Assembly: GCA_964345565.1 (NCBI GenBank)
Contig: CAYFRO010000002.1
Location: forward strand, 2,340-66,339
Origin: an uncultured Actinomyces sp.
Lineage (GTDB): Bacteria; Actinomycetota; Actinomycetes; Actinomycetales; Actinomycetaceae
DNA: 64,000 bases
Direction: 5' to 3'
Part shown: in pieces, positions 17,220 through 23,609 of the stretch
How the letters are laid out: each line of letters starts with the position of its first letter
Position numbering within the stretch: the stretch's first letter is position 1
Made by a program: the position numbers and the translations under genes
The notes under the pieces: model-generated
What the model was told of the DNA's origin: nothing
What the model saw: only the letters and a program-made list of their open reading frames with translations
Database searches by the model: none

Positions 17220-19781
17220 TCAGTCGTTGGCGTCGCAGCGCTGAGCAACCAGCATGCGCTCGGCGTCCGAAAGCTGCTCACTGAGAAGCCTTCGAAGGGA
17301 TTCAGGCTGCTCGGGGTGCTCTTCTAGCCACCGCAGGGCCCGCTCTGGAACGCGCGCTGCCGGCAGGTAGCCGGTAAGGGCCTTCGGGAACATGAAACTG
17401 ACAAGGCCTGAAGCGATCTGGAACGTGTGAGCGTTCCAGGACCGCACCAGCTGGTCAAAGAATGCTTCGACGAACGGCTCGTAGACAACAGGGCTAACGG
17501 CTGCGTGACTCCAGAACCCGCGCGCCATCGACCACAGTCGATCATTCGGGATGCTCGAATCATGCATGATCGCGTCCCAGGTCTCTCTGCGAACCTGGTC
17601 TGAGTCGACCGTGGCACGGGCGCGTGCCGCGTTTTCTTGCCCGGTCAGCGTTGGATCAGAGCTCAACTGCTGAGCGATTTCAGTCTCACCAGCGATGCCC
17701 CCGCGGACCAGCGCGAAAAGGAAGTCCCAGGATAGGTCCAGGTCAACGTCAAGACCTGGCAGGGTCTTGGTCCCTGCCCGCAGGGTCTGCAGGAACTGGT
17801 ATTGCTCCGGTGTGAAGGCTCGGCGCGCAAGGGCCTCAACCAGCAATCGTTGCTGGTCAGAGCCGGGTTCGGCGGCCTCCGCCAGCGTCTTCAGTTTCTC
17901 CGCAACACTCTCTTCACGCGCTGCCCGGTTCTGCGGCGCAACGAAGCTTGTCACGGCTTGGTCGACCTGGCTCAGGATAGCGGTTAGGGCAGAAATGGAA
18001 TCTTCCACCTGAAGATCCAGCATCGCCAAATCCAGGAACCGGGTTGCGGGCATCTCCCCATCACGGGTCATGTCCCACGCGGCAGACATGAGGACCCTGC
18101 GAGTCAGTGCGTCCGGCACCAGCGCGATGTTTTCCGCCGCAAACTCCAGAGACTTTGGGTCAAGGCGGATCTTCGCATACGCAAGGTCTTGGTCGTTCAC
18201 AAGAATCAGGTCCGGGCGGGGCAGACCCGCGGCCGAGTTCACCGGGGTTTTCTCTCCGTCAATATCTAGCTCTTCGGAAAAGACTTGTTGCAGGCCACCT
18301 TGGGGATCCAAAGAGAAACCTGAGACGATCAGTCTTTGCGGGCGTAGCGAAGCCCCCGGCGTGAAAGCTTCTTGAATCACCTCGAGCGTTTCGATGGTCC
18401 CATCGGGGCGCACTTCGATCTGAGGCTTCAAAATGTTGACACCGGCCTCTTCGACCCAGAGCTTGCTCCATGCCGACATGTCGCGCCCCGATGCAACTTC
18501 TAGTTCGTCAAGGAGATCCTGAAGTTGGGCATTCCCATGAGCGTGCTTGGTCAGGTAAGCGTTGATGGCCTTGAAGAAGCTCTCACGCCCAACGTATGCG
18601 ACCATTTGGCGGAGGACCGCCGCACCCTTCGCGTACGTGATGCCGTCGAAGTTGACTTCGACATCTTCGAGGTCACGAATCTCAGCCCTGATCGGGTGTG
18701 TCGATGGCTTCTGGTCTTGAGCCAGCCCCCATTCCTTGCGTCCCAAGAAACCAACCCACGCATCCGACCAGCGGGTCGCTTCCGCAGTTGCAAGGTGAGC
18801 CATGAACTCCGCGAAGGATTCATTCAGCCAGAGGTCGTCCCACCACTTCATGGTGACCAGGTCGCCGAACCACATGTGGGCAAGCTCGTGAAGGATCGTG
18901 TTGGTCCTGTTTTCCAGCTGCCATTCTGTTGGCTTCGACCGGAAAATGTACTGGTCGCGCAGGGTTACGCAGCCGGCGTTCTCCATGGCTCCGGCGTTGT
19001 ATTCGGGAACGAAAATCTGGTCATACTTCGTGAATGGGTAGGGAATCCCGTACGCGTTTTCGAAGAAACCAAAGCCCTGTTCAGTAATCTCTATGATCTG
19101 ATCCGCATCCAAGTACTGGGCCAAAGACGCTCGGCAGAAGACCCCCAGGTCGATTTCACGCCCGTCAATCGACCGGATCGTCGCTGTCTTCCCCACGTAC
19201 GGCCCAGCAATAACGGCTGTGATGTACGTGGAGATGCGGGGCGTCGGGGCGAACTTGAAGGTCGAGTAGGTGCCTTCGATCTGCGGCACCGGGGTTGGTG
19301 ACACAGAAAACACGGTCCATTCTTTCGGAACCTTCACGGTGAACGTGAAAGACGCCTTCAGGTCGGGCTGCTCGAAGGTTGGGTAGACGCGGCGCGCGTC
19401 CGGGACCTCAAACTGGGAATACAGGTAGACGTCCCCGTCGGCAGGGTCGACGCTCCTGTGCAGGCCCTCACCCGTGTTCATGTAGAAGAAGTCCGCGTCA
19501 ATCGTGAGCTTGTTCTTCTTCCCTAGACCTTCCAGGGGAAGCCTGTAGTCCTGATACAGGTCGGGGGAGATGTCCTGCCCGTTGAGGACCGCCGAGTGAA
19601 CCTTGGCTGCAACCAGGTCGACGAAGGTCGAAGCACCCTCTTTCGCATCGAAATCGATGGTGGTCCTCCCACGGAACACTTTGTCCCCCGTGGTTAGGTC
19701 CAGGTCGATGTCGTAGCTGTGTACGTGGAGCAGTTCTGCGCGTTTCTCTGCTTCAGCGCGCGTTAGGTTTAAGCTGGGCAT
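17220..19781 (-). CDS. pepN: Aminopeptidase N (M1 family)
   Basis: NAGAMEN exopeptidase motif and HELAHMWFGDLVTMKWWDDLWLNESFA zinc motif. 853 aa. Confidence 0.95.
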   Translation of the reverse strand: MPSLNLTRAEAEKRAELLHVHSYDIDLDLTTGDKVFRGRTTIDFDAKEGASTFVDLVAAKVHSAVLNGQDISPDLYQDYRLPLEGLGKKNKLTIDADFFYMNTGEGLHRSVDPADGDVYLYSQFEVPDARRVYPTFEQPDLKASFTFTVKVPKEWTVFSVSPTPVPQIEGTYSTFKFAPTPRISTYITAVIAGPYVGKTATIRSIDGREIDLGVFCRASLAQYLDADQIIEITEQGFGFFENAYGIPYPFTKYDQIFVPEYNAGAMENAGCVTLRDQYIFRSKPTEWQLENRTNTILHELAHMWFGDLVTMKWWDDLWLNESFAEFMAHLATAEATRWSDAWVGFLGRKEWGLAQDQKPSTHPIRAEIRDLEDVEVNFDGITYAKGAAVLRQMVAYVGRESFFKAINAYLTKHAHGNAQLQDLLDELEVASGRDMSAWSKLWVEEAGVNILKPQIEVRPDGTIETLEVIQEAFTPGASLRPQRLIVSGFSLDPQGGLQQVFSEELDIDGEKTPVNSAAGLPRPDLILVNDQDLAYAKIRLDPKSLEFAAENIALVPDALTRRVLMSAAWDMTRDGEMPATRFLDLAMLDLQVEDSISALTAILSQVDQAVTSFVAPQNRAAREESVAEKLKTLAEAAEPGSDQQRLLVEALARRAFTPEQYQFLQTLRAGTKTLPGLDVDLDLSWDFLFALVRGGIAGETEIAQQLSSDPTLTGQENAARARATVDSDQVRRETWDAIMHDSSIPNDRLWSMARGFWSHAAVSPVVYEPFVEAFFDQLVRSWNAHTFQIASGLVSFMFPKALTGYLPAARVPERALRWLEEHPEQPESLRRLLSEQLSDAERMLVAQRCDAND

Positions 19782-19829
19782 TGGTCTCTTTCAAAACGAT
19801 TGTCCTCGGACAGTGCCGAGTGTTGGGTT

Positions 19830-21833
19830 TTACCAGATGGTGACGCGGTCTTCAGGTGCGATCCAAAGACCGTCGCCTTCTTTCAGGCCGTAGTAGTCGG
19901 CGAAAGCGTCAAAGTTGGCCAGGATCCCGTTGCAGCGGAACTCGGCAGGCGAGTGGGGATCGACCGCAAGCAGCTGGATCGCGTAATCATCGCGGTGCTT
20001 GCCCCGCCAGATTCGTGCCCAGGACGCGAAGAACCGTTCGGCCCCAGACAGGCCGTCGATTTCGGGGGAGTCTTCCACCGAGTCGATGCCCTCTTCGGCG
20101 AGGGCCCGCTGCCACGCTTTCCATGCAATCATCAGTCCGCCCAGGTCGCCGATGTTTTCACCGATCGTGAGCGCACCGTTCACCTTGTGTTCTTCGCCCA
20201 GCGCTGCCGGAGAGAACTGGTCGTACTGGTCGATAAGTGCCTTGGTGCGCTCTTCGAAAGCTTCACGGTCGGCGTCAGTCCACCAGTTGCTGACGTTTCC
20301 GTCCGCGTCGAACTGGCTACCCTGGTCGTCGAAGCCGTGGCCGATCTCGTGTCCGATGACTGCACCGATTCCGGCGTAGTTCACAGCGTCGTCTGCTTCG
20401 GGATTGAAGAAAGGCGGTTGCAAGATCGCGGCAGGGAACACGATTTCGTTCATCGAGGGGTAGTAGTAGGCGTTCACGGTCTGGGGCGTCATCATCCACT
20501 CCAAACGGTCAACCGGTGTGCCGAGCTTGCTGAACTCCCATTCAGTCTCAAACTCTTCAGCGGCCAGCACGTTCTGAACCAGCGTCTTGTCATCCGAGAT
20601 TTGCATCCCGGTGTTGTCACGCCACTTTTCGGGATAGCCGATCTTGGGAGTGAACGTGTGTAGCTTCGCGAGTGCAAGAGCTTTTGTGTCTTCACCCATC
20701 CAGTCGAGTTCCTTTATGGACTCGCGGTAAGCATCCAGCAGGTTCTGGACCAAGTGATCCATGCGTTCCTTATATTCGGCTGGGAAGTGGCGTTGCACGT
20801 AGAGCTTGCCCAGGTCGAACCCAACCAAGTCTTCAACCAGGCCAAGGGCGCGCTTCCAACGGGGCCGCATCTTTTCGATGCCCGCCAGGGTTCGGCCGTA
20901 AAAGTCGAAGGTCTCTTCAGCGATTGCATCGCTGAGGTAGGGCGCGAAAGCGTCCGCAACCATGCGGGCCAGCCAGTACTTCAGGGTGTGCAAGTGGGTT
21001 TGCTTCCAGAGCGAGGCGGCGCCGGCAACGTAGTCGGGTTGGCTCACCAGGATGTTCTTATCTGCCAGGGAGATCCCGAGCCCGCGGTCCCAATCTTCCC
21101 AGTTGAAGCCGGGGGACTCCTCAGTCAGGAGTTCAAATGTTCGGGGATTGTTTTGTGCCAGCACGTCACGGCTCTTCACGATGTCCCAGTGGTATCCAGC
21201 CAAGAGCGTTTCGAAAGTTAGGACTTCCGCGGCGGCTTCTTCTGCGCTTTCGGGTGAGGTGACTCCCACCAGTGTCAGGATGGCTGCGATGTGCTCCTGA
21301 TACTTCACCCGGTAGTTTTCGTATTCGTCGTTGCTGTAGTAGGACTCGTCCGGCAATCCCAGGCCAGCCTGTTCAAAGTAAAAGGCGTAACGGGCCGTGT
21401 CGTTCAGATCTGCTGCCACACCGCACGCGAACAGGCCCGACATGCCGGACCTTGCCAGGTCTCCCATGACGAAAGCCAGGTCGGCGTGGGTTTCCGCCTT
21501 TTGGATTTGGCTGAGCAGTGGCTGTAGGGGAGCGGCGCCCAGGTGGTTCAAGCGGCTTTGATCCATGAACTGTCCATACAGAATCGCGATGCGTTCTGCT
21601 TCAGGGCCGGTGATTGTCCCCGCCAGAGCCTCTTTCACGATTTCATGGGTCTGGTCTTCGCTCAGGTCCCGTAGCCGGTAGAACTCTCCGTCCGAGGCGC
21701 GGTCCGCAGGGATGACGTGGTCCTGAAGCCACTTGCCGTTCACGTAGCGGTAGAAGTCGTCTTGGGGGCGAATGGTGTCGTCCATGGCTGCCGTGTCTAG
21801 GACGAAAGCCTTAAGGGAGTCAGTTTTGCTCAT
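19830..21833 (-). CDS. pepO: M13-family neutral endopeptidase (PepO / endothelin-converting-enzyme-like)
   Basis: VIGHEIGHGFDDQG zinc motif, NAYYYP, GENIGDLGG. 667 aa. Sits 48 bp upstream of pepN on the same strand. Confidence 0.92.
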   Translation of the reverse strand: MSKTDSLKAFVLDTAAMDDTIRPQDDFYRYVNGKWLQDHVIPADRASDGEFYRLRDLSEDQTHEIVKEALAGTITGPEAERIAILYGQFMDQSRLNHLGAAPLQPLLSQIQKAETHADLAFVMGDLARSGMSGLFACGVAADLNDTARYAFYFEQAGLGLPDESYYSNDEYENYRVKYQEHIAAILTLVGVTSPESAEEAAAEVLTFETLLAGYHWDIVKSRDVLAQNNPRTFELLTEESPGFNWEDWDRGLGISLADKNILVSQPDYVAGAASLWKQTHLHTLKYWLARMVADAFAPYLSDAIAEETFDFYGRTLAGIEKMRPRWKRALGLVEDLVGFDLGKLYVQRHFPAEYKERMDHLVQNLLDAYRESIKELDWMGEDTKALALAKLHTFTPKIGYPEKWRDNTGMQISDDKTLVQNVLAAEEFETEWEFSKLGTPVDRLEWMMTPQTVNAYYYPSMNEIVFPAAILQPPFFNPEADDAVNYAGIGAVIGHEIGHGFDDQGSQFDADGNVSNWWTDADREAFEERTKALIDQYDQFSPAALGEEHKVNGALTIGENIGDLGGLMIAWKAWQRALAEEGIDSVEDSPEIDGLSGAERFFASWARIWRGKHRDDYAIQLLAVDPHSPAEFRCNGILANFDAFADYYGLKEGDGLWIAPEDRVTIW

Positions 21834-22045
21834 CCGGCAATGTTACTCCGGGCCTCCCGGGTGAAGGAAAATGGAGTCCTGCGTCGTGTCCTGGGTTTCC
21901 TGGGGAGTGGAAAGTGTGGTCCTGCGCCACATCCGACCCCTTCGCCCAGAGCACCGCGCCCGACTGGCTCTTTGGAGGTCGCCGAGCAAAATCGCTTGCC
22001 TAGGGCACTAATTTCTCGGCTTACGGCGGGCCAAAACCCGCCAAA

Positions 22046-22133
22046 AACCTAAGAGTGCAGTTGGGGTGCGGAGAGTGTAGGTGGGGAGGCCTCCCCAGAC
22101 TCACTCTTACTACCCGGAAGACACTCTTACCTC
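22046..22133. repeat. Imperfect ~45-bp-arm palindrome built from CACTCTTAC/GTAAGAGTG motifs
   Basis: Perfect core GGGGAGG|CCTCCCC centred at 22089/22090. Arms carry TAAGAGTG (22050) and GGAGAGTG (22070), mirrored by CACTCTTAC (22102, 22122). About 70% arm identity by hand alignment. Confidence 0.7.
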
Positions 22134-22142
22134 GCGGTGGCT

Positions 22143-22182
22143 ACCCGGGGTGCACTCTTACGACCCGGGGTGCACTTTCACA
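22143..22182. repeat. 20-bp direct tandem repeat x2 (ACCCGGGGTGCACTCTTACG / ACCCGGGGTGCACTTTCACA)
   Basis: 16/20 identical. Adds two more copies of the CACT(C/T)T(T/C)AC motif immediately right of the palindrome. Confidence 0.75.
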
Positions 22183-22220
22183 TTCGACCTGGGGTATGCG
22201 CGATCGTCCTGTGAGTTAGC

Positions 22221-22266
22221 AAGCGGGGCGCGAGTGAATCAGGAAGCGGGGTGTGAGTTGGTTAGG
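22221..22266. repeat. 23-bp tandem repeat x2 (AAGCGGGGCGCGAGTGAATCAGG / AAGCGGGGTGTGAGTTGGTTAGG)
   Basis: Direct reading, 17/23 identical. A partial copy, GTGAGTTAGC, lies upstream at 22211. Confidence 0.65.
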
Positions 22267-22302
22267 AAACAGGTTGCGAGGCTCTTGCGCCACCTGGCGG
22301 TG

Positions 22303-22371
22303 GGGTGTGTCGCGTTCTGGCTGTAGGCTGTCGCGTTCTGGTCGTGGGCTGTGTCGGGTTCTTCGGTTCCC
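22303..22371. repeat. 21-23-bp tandem repeat x3 with core TGTCGCGTTCTGG
   Basis: TGTCGCGTTCTGG at 22308 and 22329, and a degenerate TGTCGGGTTCTTCGG at 22352. Confidence 0.65.
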
Positions 22372-22491
22372 AGCGACTTCCCAGGATCGTCCAAGCCTGC
22401 GTTAACTTGGGCTGTTTATTGTCTATAGCGAGGGCCAGATACGACAAGCGCCTGTAGTACTTGGCCCTCACACTGTGTTGATGGGATAAGC

Positions 22492-22523
22492 GAGCCCCCA
22501 CCCGTTTCATCGGGTGGGGGCTC
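22492..22523. terminator. Strong GC stem-loop downstream of the orphan SSB gene
   Basis: GAGCCCCCACCCG-TTTCAT-CGGGTGGGGGCTC, a perfect 13 bp stem, 135 nt beyond the SSB stop. No clear U-tract on either strand. Confidence 0.55.
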
Positions 22524-22657
22524 GTGGTCTGTTGCGGTGTTCAGGTTTGCCCCCTGTCTCGTGGCTTGGGAAGTTCCGTGCTGTGGGTTTGAGGCTCCGT
22601 ACTTGCGGCAGGGGTTGGAAAGGGCGGTCTAGAAAAGCCGTCTAGGTGCGGGCCTTC

Positions 22658-23086
22658 CTAGAAAGGTGCCTTCGCCGGTTGCGGGCTGTCATCCCATGGG
22701 TCGACGGGCGGCTGGTCGGCCGGACTTGGCACCGCGGCCTGGGGTGACTTGCGCCTGCTGGGGACCACGCCCAAAAACTTTGGCCACCGCAGCGACAAAG
22801 AGCTGCCCTCTCCACCGTCGCGGCGCTGATAGGTTTCTTGGATCAGGGTCCCTTCCACGGTGACCCGGTCGCCCTTGCCCAGGACATCCTTCAGAGTCTG
22901 AGCGTCGTGTTCCCAAAACGCCACGGAGACCCACAGGGGCGCGCCCACGTCTTCCCACTGTCCAGTCGACTTATTCCGGACAACCGCTGTCGCGTTGATG
23001 CGGAAGTCTAGGACGGCCTGTTGTCTTGGCGTGAAACGCAAGACGGGCTCGGTTATTGCCCCAGTAATCTGTGCTCGCAATGCCAT
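22658..23086 (-). CDS. Orphan single-stranded DNA-binding protein paralogue (short, Pro-rich tail)
   Basis: OB-fold SSB pattern: ITGAITEPVLRFTP..VLDFRINATAVV..WEDVGAPLWVSVAFWEHDAQTLKDVLGKGDRVTVEGTL. The tail ends ..DPWDDSPQPAKAPF. No flanking genes within 0.5-0.8 kb. Confidence 0.75.
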   Translation of the reverse strand: MALRAQITGAITEPVLRFTPRQQAVLDFRINATAVVRNKSTGQWEDVGAPLWVSVAFWEHDAQTLKDVLGKGDRVTVEGTLIQETYQRRDGGEGSSLSLRWPKFLGVVPSRRKSPQAAVPSPADQPPVDPWDDSPQPAKAPF

Positions 23087-23190
23087 CGTTCCCTCACCTG
23101 TCCTAGCGCGGAACCAATGTCCGTGCTATTTGCAGCTTGTGCCTTGTCTCTCTTGTCTCTCTCGTGTTACGCGGGCTTCCCGCGGATGCG

Positions 23191-23283
23191 CCCGTGTTCG
23201 TGGTCCCGTGCTTCTGGCTCCGCACTTGTGGTTCCGCACTTGTGGTTCCGCGCTTGTGGTTCCGCGCTTGTGGTTCCGCTCAC
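23191..23283. repeat. 14-bp tandem repeat CCGCRCTTGTGGTT, 4 near-perfect copies plus 2 degenerate and 1 partial
   Basis: Units at 23220, 23234, 23248 and 23262 (two with A, two with G at position 5). Degenerate units start at 23191 and 23205, and there is a partial unit at 23276. More CTTGT-containing short repeats lie at 23136-23160. Confidence 0.85.
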
Positions 23284-23404
23284 TTTCCATTCTAGGTTTC
23301 CCCACCGACAAAATCGCAGGGGACGCTTTTCCTGTGCAATCGCGCCAATGGGTGTCCCTGTGGACCCCGCAACCACAGGGAAACTCACACTGCTCACGGG
23401 TAGC

Positions 23405-23609
23405 GGTAGCCGCCGCTTTGCCTATCATGAGAGGGCACTGATCCGGCAATCACCGGGGAGCATTCGGAAGAAAAGCGTCTTCGCGCCGACTAGAACCGAA
23501 CGGGTGGGCCCGACACAGCCTTCATATAAGTGGCACCGAGTCTTGGTGCAAGCGGGGTGGTACCGCGGGGAGTTTCCTCGTCCGACGCATTGGAGCGAAA
23601 GGATGGGCC
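23405..23609 (+). promoter_or_regulatory. T-box leader (Ile-specific candidate) upstream of ileS
   Basis: Conserved T-box sequence GGGGTGGTACCGCGG at 23554-23568. Upstream ATGAGAG (GA/AGAGA-like) element at 23427-23433. Small hairpin CCGG-CAATCA-CCGG displays AUC followed by A, a candidate Ile specifier. No U-tract terminator precedes the AAGGA SD and GTG start. The 5' boundary is approximate. Confidence 0.7.

Noticed and set aside
22081-22510. ORFs 22081..22326(+) and 22262..22510(-) in the repeat-rich gap.
   Set aside because: Their sequences are dictated by the palindrome and tandem repeats. One of them starts inside the loop of the 13-bp GC hairpin. No RBS, no similarity to anything I recognise.
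23191-23283. Possible CRISPR array.
   Set aside because: The units are only 14 bp and directly abut one another with no spacers. There are no cas genes in the window.
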